Part shown: positions 15,747 through 35,119 of the stretch, piece by piece
How the letters are laid out: every line of letters starts with the position of its first letter
How positions within the stretch are numbered: the stretch's first letter is position 1
NCBI RefSeq assembly: GCF_009914755.1
Contig: NC_060926.1
Length of the DNA stretch: 64,000 nucleotides
Strand: one strand, 5' to 3'
From: the human T2T-CHM13v2.0 reference genome, Homo sapiens
Notes under the pieces: model-generated
The model's input: only the letters and a program-made list of their open reading frames with translations
Databases searched by the model: none
What the model was told of the DNA's origin: nothing
Position numbers and translations under genes: made by a program

Positions 15747-17997
15747 TTGAGAAATGTTCAATGTTGCTATTATTTATCACAGGTGAACATTTTAGTTCAT
15801 TTGGCTTTTTAAAATATTTTGAAGTTCTGCCTTTTATGGCCTTTGAATACCCTCCTTTTCACAAATGTGATATCTTCCTTGGTCTGACCATCTTCTTCAT
15901 GAAAGATTATTTTTGTAGTGATTATCAGGTCATCTTCTGATTTCTTTTTAACCAAGGAAAAGGTATGTCTTAATTGACTTTGAGTCTCAATTTTGCACTT
16001 AAGAACCCAATTTGAGATTTTATAGAGATATAAATATATTGAAGATAATTCTTTGGATAGTCCCAAGTCTTTTCAAGCAGAAGCCATGCACAAAATTCTG
16101 TGCTGAAACTGTACTAAACTTGTGCCATGTTAACAACTTGCACTTTTTAAAAAAATGGACTCTCCAATGATCTTTTTTTTGGTATAGTAAAGGAATAAGC
16201 CTAACTCTTCTCATCTCCAGAGGTTCAAAGCTAGTTTATTAAGTGTCCTTAAATATCTCAATTGCCAGAGTTACATATAGTCAATCATATGTTAAAATGG
16301 AAGGCATTTTTAAATAGCTGGTTAAAATTTAAAATTTTTTCTGAATTTTATTTTGTTTTTTAATAGTCCAAAAGTGAGCCAGTGCCTAGAGTTATTGCGT
16401 CTTTCCTCGCTGAGATGATATGCCTTACAAATGTGCCTTCAAATGAGTCACACAACTCTCCCTTCAAGTGATGTTTATTAATTCTCCCTTCAAGAGATGC
16501 AAAAGACCAGGTGAGGTCAGCAAGCAATTCCTTTGCCCCTGTGAGCCAGATAGCTCCTAGAGTCAATGTGTTATCTAGCCTTTTAAGAGCAGCAGCAAGC
16601 AGAAGAAAAACTCGTAGAAAACCCAGCTCTTTGCAATAGATAAGCTATCTGTCTGGAGGAAAATTAATCTGGGCTTGAACGGTGGCTACTTCATTTAAGG
16701 TGATAATTATAAATATAAAGAATCTGGAATAAGTGTGCTGGATGGATCTCTCGTTTTCTTCATCCTGCTTTTTGAGAGCCAGTGCCAGAAAATTGAAAGG
16801 GGAAAGATTAAAACTGTAACCACTGACATGACTACAAGTTTACTGACAAGGCCCATTCCCCACCCAACAAACAAGAAGCCCAGCTTGATATCATCAGGGA
16901 GGGTATTGTGATGGCCAGAGGTCAGCAGTTTGACTTTTGGAATGAGGAACACACAGCTTTCTTGTCTCCATCCACACTGATAAAGAATCACTCTCAATCA
17001 GCAGAGGACCCCTCTCAACCCCTGCACACCTTGATCTCTTTGGTGCATAGTTAACCTGGGATGTATACTCATAGGAAAGATTGCACAGAGCTCCCTAACT
17101 CCACCAAATACTGAAAATACCTGAAAATCTGTTTCTGAATGGTTTTCCCTCTTTGGAGACCCACACAGAGACAACAGGTCCAAACTGTTAACACTGAGCA
17201 AAGAAAGAAATGAATGGATTCTACTACCATTGCTAAAGATGTTAATGAGTTTCAATCTACTCCAGAAAACAATAATTCACAATCCTTTGAGCTTCCAACT
17301 GGGAGATATCTAAAGTCTTATTTTTTGGTTCATTTGCTTGGCAAGCCTAAGTCTAACCTTCTTCCCACAGAGCAAATCCATCATGTGGCTATAATGTCCT
17401 GCAAGAATTTAAGTATAGGGTAAAGTGCAATATGAGAGGAGACCATATATAAGAACACCAAGGAAACTCTTCCTTCTGAATTTGGTTTTAATGGAAAGAT
17501 CAACAAGTAGCTATAAATTAAGCCTCAGACCTTTAAGGTTTTTTCTAACACAAAAAGGTGAGAATATCCTTCCTCATACCACTCCTTGCTTCCCCTTTCT
17601 TTACTTTCTCCCAATCCCAAATGATACATGTTCAGATTTGTTCCCCCATAATTGGGAGCTGCCCCAAAATTATGCAGACAAGAGTTTTTATATTTTTTCA
17701 CTGTTAATGATTTGGTTTGAAGCAAGAAATTTCTATGCTATAGTTCTGTTTACATAATCAGGGAGGAGGGTGTAGAAATGTAGTTTGAAGACCTTGTAGA
17801 CCTCTTAGAATGGAAATCATTTTAAGCAGAGTAAGATACAAATATAAGGCACTGTTCATTATTATCTTGACAGGAAGACTGCAGACATGTTTTATTCTCA
17901 CAATTTGACAACATGGCTGAGGACAACATAGAAAAAACCATTATTATGAAGAAGGAATCTTAAAAGTAGGTTAGGAAACTTAAGCCAAGATTGGGAA

Positions 17998-18020
17998 ACA
18001 CACACACACACACACACACA
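17998..18020. repeat. (CA)n microsatellite
   Basis: About 11 CA units. Confidence 0.95.
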
Positions 18021-18217
18021 AGAAATTACCGATACAAGTCCAGCCCAGACACCTGGGACTTTTCAAGGTCCTAGAGTCATCCTTTATAAGTTACTTTATG
18101 TTATTTCCTCTGGCTCCAAGACAGATTAATCCAGTCAATGTAATGATTTGCCAGAAAGAATCTACCAGTTTGGCCAAAAGCACTTACTTCAAGCGCTACC
18201 CACAAAGTTAAACAAGC

Positions 18218-18218
<1 letters not shown>

Positions 18219-18249
<31 letters not shown>
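18219..18249. repeat. (ATC)n microsatellite
   Basis: About 10 ATC units at the edge of a MIR. Confidence 0.95.
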
Positions 18250-18490
18250 ATAACATGTATTAAAAACTATGTGCCAGACATGTGTCAAAGTACTCAATAT
18301 GTATAAACTCATTTCATCTTCATAACAACTTCATGAAGTAAATACTATGATGACTCCCATTTTATAGAGTAAGAACCTGAGCATTAAGAGGTTAAGGAAT
18401 TTGAAAAAGGTCACATAACTGGTAAAGTTGGAGAGCCAGAATTCAAATCCAATCAACCTGGCTCCATAACCCAGGTTACTAACCACTACC
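18250..18490 (-). mobile_element. MIR SINE
   Basis: CCCATTTTATAGAGTAAGAACCTGAG...GGTTAAGGAATTTG...AAGGTCACA core. Confidence 0.75.
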
Positions 18491-19065
18491 ACAGATACAT
18501 CTACCACTTATAGGCTGCAGAGTAAGTAACAGGAAGAAGCGAAAAATTAAAGAAGAAAGAAATTGAATGAAATGGTAATAGAAAATTCTTAAAAGAGATT
18601 ATGAAAAGAAAAAGAAGAAACCCAAGAGGAAGGGGGGAAGATTTTCTTTCTGCCAGTCAGTTTCCCATCCACATTAGGAAGAAGGGAAAAGTGAGGCCAA
18701 CTCTAGTTTCCCACAACTTATGGCATAGTTAACAAAGTACTTCAATATGATATATTCTAGGAATTCTAGGAAACCTACACAGGAAAAATAACTTTCCAGA
18801 AGGAGTACCAGGACAAACAGGAGAGTCGATACCAAAAAACAGGCCATAAAGTTAGTCTCATGAAGGTACCACCACGACTCCCCAAACCCCCATTCCTGGT
18901 GAATTTCAAGTCCCTAAAGTGACTGCCATCATGGACTAGCTCCTAGGGAATGCAGTAATATACAAGGAAAAAAACAGAGAAGCATATCCTTCCCCAGTCC
19001 AAAAGTAATTTGAAGAAGCTTTCAATAAAAAGTTATATAAAACCAGATTTATTAAAAAAGAAATT

Positions 19066-19088
19066 CAGAAAGAAGAAAGAAAGAAGGA

Positions 19089-19128
<40 letters not shown>

Positions 19129-19148
19129 GAAAGAAAGAAAGAAAGAAA
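19066..19148. repeat. (GAAA)n tetranucleotide repeat
   Basis: Interrupted GAAA array. Confidence 0.95.
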
Positions 19149-22100
19149 TTCAGCACCTTGGAAAGAGAAAGAAAATATGGTCATCCCGAGGACTTGTAGA
19201 ATTGAACTAACATCAAGTTTAGTCTGGGTGGCTTTCAGGAAGCCAAAGGAAAAAGAGAAATAAACTAAGTTATCTAGTTTTCCTTAGCTCACTCCCTTTG
19301 TACTAACTGGGTCTTAAGCCTGAGATTCCTTGCTGGTCTCTATCCACAGTGACCTAATCTTAGACCTCAACTAGAAATGTGCCTGAGAGGGTTGCTCCAA
19401 GGAGTCCAGATCCACAGCACTGCCTTCTTCCCATAACAGAGCTATCACCAAAAACTGCAAAGGAGATAAAAACTGACATAGTTCTAAATTCCTTAAAAAA
19501 AAAAAAAACTCACACAAGCTCTATTACAAAAGTGACCGAGCAACAAGATGGAAAAATGTGCATCAAATGCTCCAAGGAATAGTACAAAGAAGTAAGATGC
19601 CTTCTAAGGGGTAAACAAATGTTTATAATGTACATCATGTTTAGTGGCACGGGGCTACATGTTTTCATTGAAAGCCAGACAACACCATGGTTTCATACTT
19701 TAGTAGTTATTCCCAGGGACCCACCTGGGCAGAACAAAAGACAAAATCTAATCAAAGAGACAGGAAAACTAGCTGCACCCCAGCATTATAAGAGTAGCCA
19801 CTTTCCAATCACTAGAAATGGTGTGGCTCAGCCTCCCTGCTGGAAATGTAGCCCCAAATAATTTGAATACTCATCAGCAAATCATTGCTGGATGAATGTC
19901 AATATCCTAGAAACCAGTTATTCTACAGAGTGCTGCCTTCTTCTTAATTAGAATTCTCTTGTGCTCAACATGTATTTATTGAAATCTGACTTCATAGATA
20001 CTGTGCTAAGAATTAAATTAAAAGGTAAACAAAATTACAAGTGAAGTAGCAATTCCCACAGCATTTTATTAATCAATCCATACAAAAATAATTATTGCAC
20101 ACCTATAGTGTGCAAGGTACTAAAGAATGAAATAAAATCCCATTTCTCATGGAACAGACATTCTATTTGGGAGAGTGAAATTACAGCTATTAAAGTAAAT
20201 GTCACAATGGGAAAAAAAACTTGCAAAAATAGAGCTGGGTAAAAGGTAAAGAGTAACTGTGGGGAGTAGCTCTCTGAGAAGTGATATTTGAACAAGAACC
20301 ATTAGGCTTAGCATAATGGCAGTCACTGGTAGCATTGAAAGAATATTTTCAGGAGATTGGTGAAGATGAAGGACTATTTTCAGTGGGTTCTAAAAAAAGG
20401 ACAATCAGTTGGATATATCACATATGTAAAAAAAATTTTTTTAAAGAAAGAAACAGGACGAGGGTAAACGGAAACAGCCATTAACGTTAATGCTAGGAAA
20501 CTCTGTTGTAAAAGGGAGCAGAGTAATTGGCAACAGCTAAGAGGGATCTTAGGATCTTTTTAAAGATGGGGGATATTTATAACATCCTTGTATGATGGAA
20601 ACTAAATAAAAGAGAGTTTTCTTTCCTTCCTCCAGGTTTCAGGGCTCTGAATCCTATCTCAATTGTGAGAATGCTAAAAAGGTACATCTGTGATGTGACA
20701 GGTAAGATGGGGTCCTTTGGAGAGTCGCCTGCTTCTTCTTTCTGGCTTCAGGGAGAGAGAGAATAGCAAGGGCAAGGCTCGCTGGGCAGCTTAAATGTGG
20801 AACTGAGTTTGAAGAACATGTTCTTCATGCACCCTCACAGTCCACAAAATGACTTTAACCATCTTTTTATTCCCCTCCCACTGTTCCCTCAGCTGGAGTT
20901 TCAGCAGTTAAAGATATAAAGAAAAATGTTTAAATTCTAAAGAGCAGAAAGTCAATAGAAATAAAACTTCTGGGACAAAGCAGCCCCAGTTGCAGGCAGA
21001 CCAAATACTGCTGATTACCAGCAAGAAAGCCTTCATTGTAACAGGGATTTTACCCTTTCTTTGGCATTCCTAAGTAACAAAAGAGAAGTGCTGCAAACCA
21101 ACGATAATTAGCAATAGTTTTATTCACACCAAAATCATTCTAATATGGTGCTTGAAAAAGCAAAATAATCTTTTCACTTAACAGAAAAAAACTGTACTAT
21201 TTTTGAGCAACTGAAAGTCACATCAATATATTAATTGAATGACCTATAATTGCTGCATTGTTCTGATGTTTATCTTAGACCCTGCATGAGTGGTTTTTCC
21301 TTGATGCTAATCCCATTAGAAGTAAAATGGACCGCAGTTTTGAATCTCTCTGTTCCTTAAAAAAAAAAAAAAGTTAATTGACAAGCTGTTTAATATGAGA
21401 TGCCATTTTACAGATGACCAGATTGAATAATAAAAGAACTAAGGGGGAAAATGAGCTTTTACCTGTTTCACAGGTTTTAATATATATATATTCAAAAATT
21501 TTTCTAAAAGGGTAAAATAACCACCAATACCTTATGCATATAAAGATGAAGCAGATAAAAAGACCAAACGCAATAAGAATCTCTCATACTATACCACATT
21601 TATCTCAAAAATAATCTTTTTGTTGAGACCCTAATATCCTCCCCTTCCTCACCATCTCGAACATTCTCTCACCTCCTCTCTCCCTGCCTGCCTCCCTGAG
21701 AGGACTCTTACACACCACTCTTTGTTCTGTAAAGGAATGCCCGGAATGGACACAAGGTACTCTGTCTTGGAGCTCAGTGTCTTGATTTTAGAAGCTTGAA
21801 AGGGTATGAACTACAACCTAGGGGTCTGGAATGACAGGCAGGGCTACAAACTACAACATCAAGCTCCCTAATCCTTTTGAATATTAGAGGGAAGAATTGA
21901 GTCCTTCTTTGGAGCTTTTCCAACATCCATTACTATTTTTAGGTGGTTTCCAGGTACCTAATATATTCATTCCTATAGGCCATTCTATTTCTGAGAAATA
22001 GAAAAACAAAAGCCCCATTCACAGGCTAATTCTAAGTTTGTCCACAAGTAATGATTTCCATGCATCGTCACTGCAGAAATAATAAAGTGTCATGTCTCAT

Positions 22101-22383
22101 GAAGATGATTTCTGGCTAAGCCTATTTAATCTTTGATCACATGAAAACATTCTAATTTAAAGCAACTAATAACAGCTGTTATATATCTAATGCAACATTT
22201 AAAATAACTAAGTACTGCTATGACTAAATGGATTTCAGCAATGATCATCAATGGCTACTCACATCACAGACAGCTAGCTATCCTGTGTCTCCTAATGAAA
22301 ATACACAGATTTATATAAAAAGTACTCTTGCCTTCCCTTGTTTCCCCACCAAGAAAATCCTTGCACCTGTTCAGTCCCCTAAA

Positions 22384-22579
22384 TCAGTGGTTCTCAACTG
22401 GATGATTTGGCTCCTGGAGGACATTTGACAACCTCCAGAGACATTTTGGATTGTCACGACTGGGCAATGCTACAGACATCTAGTGGATAGAGGCCAGGGA
22501 TACTGTTAGACATTCTACAATGCACAAGAAAGAACTGTCCGGTCCCAAATGTCATTAGTGTGAAGGTCGAGAAACCCTG
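22384..22579 (+). mobile_element. MER20 hAT fossil, within old L1M sequence
   Basis: CAGTGGTTCTCAAC...CATCTAGTGGATAGAGGCCAGGGATACTG...GAGAAACCCTG. Confidence 0.85.
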
Positions 22580-24699
22580 CTCCAGGTCTAGCTACTAATT
22601 GCCAAGAAATACAGAGGACAGAGAATGTGTTAAAGGACATCAGGGGACACAATGAACACAAGCCAGACTGTGGGAAACTCCAGGACAAGTGACCTGGGTT
22701 TTTTTTTTTTAACAAGTAAATTGCTAGGGGTAAAGAACAGAAATAGAAGGAAACCCCACAAATTGAAAGGCTTATGAGACATATCAACTAACTTGAACAT
22801 AAAGATTTTATTTGGACTTTGATTTAAATAATCAAACTATAAAAAATAACAAGATGATTGGGGAATTTTAAAAACTGACTCAATATCTGATTATTTTAAA
22901 GAAGAGTTGTTTAATTTTTAGGTGTGATAATGATATTATGATTATGTTTCAGTCCTTATATTTTAGAGATAAATACTGAAATATTTACAGGTGGAATTAT
23001 ACAATGTCTAAGAAATACTTCAAAATAATGGGGAGAATAAAGAGAATAAATAAAACAATATTAGTTATGAGTTCATCATTGATGTAATTGAGTGATGCAT
23101 ACAAAGGGGTTCACTATACACTTCATGCTTCTTTTGCATATGTTAAAAAAAACCTTCCATACTAAAAAAGGTTTAGACGATAATATGTAAAAATAATAAA
23201 ATAGCTAAGTAACCTTTAAACAAAAATAAGTTATACGTTTCTATTCCTAAAGCAAAATCTTTTAAGAGCACAGGCATATGGTTTAGACCTAGGTTAAAAT
23301 CCTGGCTCCCCTACTCTTACATCTTGATAATCTTTACAATCTCTGTAAAACAGAGCTGGTCCTCATACCCACCTTGCAGCATTGACGTGAAAAGTGGGTA
23401 AGGTGGTGGCTGGTGCTCGGTGACTGGCAGTTCCCTTTCCCACTTTCCACAAGAGCTTTAAACAAAGAAGGAAAACAAAATGGGATCACTCCTGCAACCC
23501 ATCCCCTATACTAGCATTTTCTAAGGACTTTGATCGAGGCCATTCATTTCCTTCTTGTATATATCTGACTGTGACCAGATCAAAGCACTAACAAAAGAAT
23601 AAGAAGTTTCTTTTCTACATTTCCTCTGATTTCTGAGGTTTTTTTTTTTACACTGCTCCATAAATGAAACTTAGCTATAAATAAACAAGGTAGAGGGAAA
23701 TAGGAAAGAATGCCTCACTGCAAAATCCCTTACATGCATGTGATTCATTTTAGGTCACAGTGTGCCCTGAAGGGTTCATGACTTGTATGATTCCAGAAAC
23801 AGTAAGACAAATTTGGTTTTCTTTCCTTAGTGAATCATTATTTCACCAACTATTTGTACTTAAATTTTTTTAAATAAAAAAAAACTTGATTAAAAATTCC
23901 TGCCCAGATATAATAACTTACAAAGCTCATTTCCTCTGCTTCGTTCCCTTTTACAGCAGCTACTTACATATTCGTATCCTGCCAGGTTTTTGCCAGAAGG
24001 TTCATTGGCAAAGTTGTGAGCCGGTTGTATTAGTGACTTTAGTCTTGGCTGCAAACATTCTGTTTCAGCTGACTTTTATTTTCCCCAAAGTAGCAGTTCC
24101 TTTAGTCCCACTGCATTTGCAATAAAGCACTCATTTTCATCTACTTGTAAATAAGGGATAAAGACACAGACTTTTGGCTGGTGGTACAGGCCTCTGGTGG
24201 TCTCTTAACTTGTACAAGATAGGACTTTCTCCTTCTGTAAATAAAGCCCTCCATGAAGAGCAATCACCAGACTTGGAACTAGAAGACAAATTAAGCCCTA
24301 TCTCTACTATACAACCTCAAACAAGTCACGCTTCTCTTTGAAGTTTTTGTTTATTCATAAGAGATTATAATAGTGCCTGCCCTATTGTCCTCATAAAGGA
24401 ACCTAATAGTAACAACTAGAATTTATATAATGCTCTGAAATTTATAAAATGCTACAAAATATAACATATGGTTTATCATTATTATTAATCAAAAATATCT
24501 TCTTCATTTGCCTAAATGAAGAACCTACTGTGTGCTTTACAAAGCACTGAAAGGAGAATCTTTGACCCCTAAACTTGCTATTCTGTGGCATCCAGACACA
24601 CGCTACCATCTCTAAACTTGCCAGAGTTTAGTCTAAATTCTTTGCATAATTTCCAGAGTGAAGGTAAATCCAAAGTGGAAACACTGTAATGTCTTTCAA

Positions 24700-25050
24700 A
24701 AAATAAAGACATATGCACATGTATGTTTATTGTAGCACTATTTATAATAGCAAAGACTTGGAACCAACCCAAATGCCTATCAATGATAGACTGGATAAAG
24801 AAAATGTAGCATATATGCACCATGGAATACTACGCAGCCCTAAAAAGGAACAAGTTCATGTCTTTTACAAGGACATGGATGAAGCTGGAAGCCATCATTC
24901 TCAGCAAACTAACACAGGAATAGAAAACCAAACGCCACATGTTCTTACTCATAAGTGGGAGTTGAACGATGAGAACACATGGATACAGAGAGGGGAACGT
25001 CACACATGTATCCCAGAACTTAAAGTAAAATTAAAAATAAATAGATAAAT
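24700..25050 (+). mobile_element. 5'-truncated L1PA (about PA7-PA10) 3' end with internal deletion
   Basis: End of ORF2 and 3' UTR (AAAGACTTGGAACCAACCCAAATG...CATGTATCCCAGAACTTAAAGT) with A-rich tail. Confidence 0.9.
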
Positions 25051-25665
25051 AAGAATATTTCAGATGAAAATTAGAACAGAACTGTACTAGGAACTCTGCT
25101 AGGAAATGGAGAGACAATGGCAAATAGCACAGACATTTCTCCCAAAGAAAAATAACATGCAAGGGAGAAAGCACTGGAGAAGGGTCGTTTTTAAAAATGC
25201 ACCATGTGGTCATGGTATGGATGGAAGCATAGGTCTTGCTTTTGCACATATACAAGTATATCTTCCATGAACAGTATAGTTTGAAATGTACAGTGACTAG
25301 AAACAATTTGCTTGCCATAATCAATGTATGTTAGCTCCTACCCTAGTCACAGCACCATATTGGGAAGTTTAGCAAAATTTACACAAGATAGTTCTTTTAT
25401 CAGAAAGCATAAAATAAACCATTTGTATCAAAGGAAGGAATTTAGAGACAATCCAGAGAACTAAAATTAAATCAAAATTATAAAACAATAGAGGAGATAT
25501 CCCGTGAGAATAGGCTAAAACTTGAATCTTCCGTTGGAGACATAATAACTGAAAAGTTTATGATCAAGATTTCTAAGGTACACAAAAATCTGCTCACCAA
25601 TTAATGGAATACTGGGATAATTTCTTGAAGTTTGAAATATAAATTTAAGAGCAAACAAAAGGAAC

Positions 25666-26039
25666 TACAGTCAGGAACCGCATATGGCTCTTTCGGTCAA
25701 CGACAGACCGCATGGACTACATGTACTACAGTGGTCCCCTAAGATTATAATACCATATTTTTGCTGTACCTTTTCTATGTTTACATATGTTTAGCTACAT
25801 AAATACTTAACATTGTGTTCCAATTGCCTGTAGTATTTAGCACGGAAACATGGTGTTCAGGTTTGTAGCCTAGGAGCAACAGTATATGCCTAGGGTATAT
25901 ACTGTTTACCCTAGGTGTGCAGTAGGCTATACCATCCAGGTTTGTTTAACAACACTCTATCACGTTCACACAACAACAAAATTGCCTAATAATACATTTC
26001 TCAGAATGTGTCCCCCTCATTAAATGACACATGACTATA
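25666..26039 (+). mobile_element. Tigger3-family (Tigger3a/MER7-like) element, apparently inserted into an L3/CR1 remnant
   Basis: TACAGTCA...GGTCAACGACAGACCGCAT...CACATGACTATA termini; flanks rejoin as CR1-like AAAAGGAACTA|CTTTATACAGCACATAGT. Confidence 0.75.
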
Positions 26040-26110
26040 TCTTTATACAGCACATAGTAAATTTATGAAATGCAGGACTGCACGAAAAGGCCTGTCAGAA
26101 ATATATGTTA

Positions 26111-26551
<441 letters not shown>

Positions 26552-27098
26552 TTATATGGACTATAGGACTGACACAGCAGACTAATTCCTATCTTCTCAT
26601 ATCCTAACACTTCTATATAAGCCTCGAAAGAGGAAGATTGTTCTTTACTTACCTGTTACTAGATAATGAGATAATGAACCATGATTGCACTTTCTTATTT
26701 TGGTGTGGTAATATTTATACATTATACATAGAATACTATGATTTATATGTCTTATTTTGTGGTGATCAGTTACAAAGAGATATAGTATGCTGCTGTTATA
26801 GGAAAAGACATTTTCAAAATGTAACACTTTTCCAAAGGTAATCTGAAAAATGTTGAGTTCATAAAAGCAGGAAAACTAGTGAGAAATTTGACCTAGAAAC
26901 TTACTATAGCTGTGTAATAACAGTTAAAATTTACCAAACTTGATTCTGTACTCAATGTATTTAATTATCCTTCCTTTCAGAATCTATGTTCATGTTAAAA
27001 GTTTCTTACTATAAAAAATACAGAAACTTGATGCACTAAGGCAGGACACTCTTAGAATGTCTTGTTAAAAATAGACTCTTATCAGAACATCACCCCTA

Positions 27099-27377
<279 letters not shown>

Positions 27378-28179
27378 TTATTACTTAATTTATAATTATT
27401 GCTAGACACAGACTAATCTATTGTCATTAACAAGGATATTGGAAAGCATAAAGTTCATAGGGACACAAGGTAAAGTACCTGGCTACCACCAAGCTGAGCT
27501 TACAAAGCAAAAACAGAAGTATAATGTTATCAAAATGCCCAGAGAATAGTGTCCACACTCAAGCATGCTATGTACACAATTACGTTATCAACATGTGTAA
27601 AGAATACAATATAGATTTTAAAACTATATGGTAAAAAGTTTAATGAAATAAAAATTTTGCAAGTATAGGTATTAACCAAGGACCCCCAACCCACCCATTG
27701 AAATCCTTGTATAAACAAGAAGGAAATATACCAAAGCTTTAATAGCAGTTATTCCAGAGTGGTGTGAATATGAATATGAGTGATTTTATTTTTTTCTATA
27801 TAGTTTCCTCTATTCTATAAACTGCCTACATTGACCATGTATCAATTTTATAAAGAGAAAAAAATTTAAGCTACCTTGATTTCATCCCATGTTGATTAGT
27901 ATAGGTGAAAGCAGGGCATCAGCAGTTCATGAAATTTGCCTCCGGATAAAACAGATAAAATCCAGTGAACTGATGCCCGCAAGCATGATGTGAAAGCTAT
28001 CCTGTAAATCTGAGGCAGGAATTACCATAACATGGTAACATTATCTTATCCTGGGATTTTAAATTGTCTACATACAAAGAGCTTTGGGGGAAAACGTGAT
28101 CATCTAAAAAATATAATATAATCCCCTAATGGAAGAAAAAAGATTTCCTCTCAATTTTTACAAAACTTCTTTTTTTTAT

Positions 28180-33793
<5,614 letters not shown>

Positions 33794-34081
33794 TCCTCTC
33801 CCAAAGCGCTAGGATTTGAATGCCACAATACATATTGATTCATGTTTTTGTCCATTAGTGGTCCGTGGGTATCTATAAATGAAGTCTATTTTAGAGTCCA
33901 TAGATATCAGCGTTCTGCAAAACTGTCAGGGATCCGAGGCTCCCAGCCTACAGAGCTTCTTTTACTTATATGTAGTATAGATATTTAGGTTCAGCAAAAC
34001 TTGGTTTTCTGATAAAATTAGATCTGTTAAGGAATGTACCCCCAAAACTTAACATGAAAAACCTTTTCAAACGACAAGTAA

Positions 34082-34403
34082 ACCTGGCACAGTGGCTCGT
34101 GCCTTTAATCCCAGCTATGGGAGATTGAGGCAAGAAGATCACTTGAGGCCAAGAATTCAAGACTAGCCTGGGCAACATAGTGAGATCCTTATATCTTAAA
34201 AAAAAAAAAAAATTAAATTTAGCTGGGCACAGTGGCTCACTTCCAAGTAGCTGTAGTCGTAGCTATTTGGAAGGCTGAGGTAGGAGGATCACTTGAGCCA
34301 AAAAAAACTTCTCTTTTTATGTAGTTAGAGTGAGCTATAATCATGCCACTGCACTCCAGCCTGGGCAGCAAAGCAAGACCCCTGTCTCTAAAAAAAAAAA
34401 AAA
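34082..34403 (+). mobile_element. AluJ with non-Alu patch in the right arm
   Basis: Alu dimer motifs and A tail. Confidence 0.88.
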
Positions 34404-35119
34404 TATGTAAAAGATAAGTAGACAGTGACAGTTTTCAAGGTGGTACTTGAAAATTCAAACATATAGAAATTATCATGTGATAAGATATAATAATTATAAA
34501 ACCATAATTAACACCCTTCTCCATGCTTAATTGATTATATCTTCCTTGTCATTTTGTTCCTTCTTTCTGTTTAATTAGCAAAACGGTGTCTTATAATTCT
34601 GGAACAGCAAACAAAATTTTTCAAGTCAGCCTACTTCTAACACTAAATAATTTCATATTTTCTCTAAGTACCTTATACCTGTGGGTCCAATTTTACTTCT
34701 ATTAATAAAGGCAGAATAGATAGATTTTTCCAGAAGGCACTTAAGTGTCTGAATTCTGCCCATGGCAGAGACACAATTTTATCTGAAAAAGGTTAAAGAG
34801 ATTAATACTTCCTCATTAAATTTCCAAATAATTTATTTAAGTATATATTGCCAATTTTCACATAAAATTAAAGAACTTTCTTTTATTCCCGAGAAGGCAA
34901 GTCATGGGTTGTCTCAAACAAAATATGAAAAGAACCTGGGTCAGGTATCAGTGCTCATTCAATTACCTTGGCTTTCTTCTTTACGTCAAGCCCAAATAAT
35001 TCTAAATGTTGTGCTTAGGTTTTCAAAGGGCTTACGAAGAAGCAATTAAAAGCTCATTCAAATGTAGAGAGCAAACAAATTAAAATTATATAATTCCATC
35101 AACCTATCTAATGCTGAGA

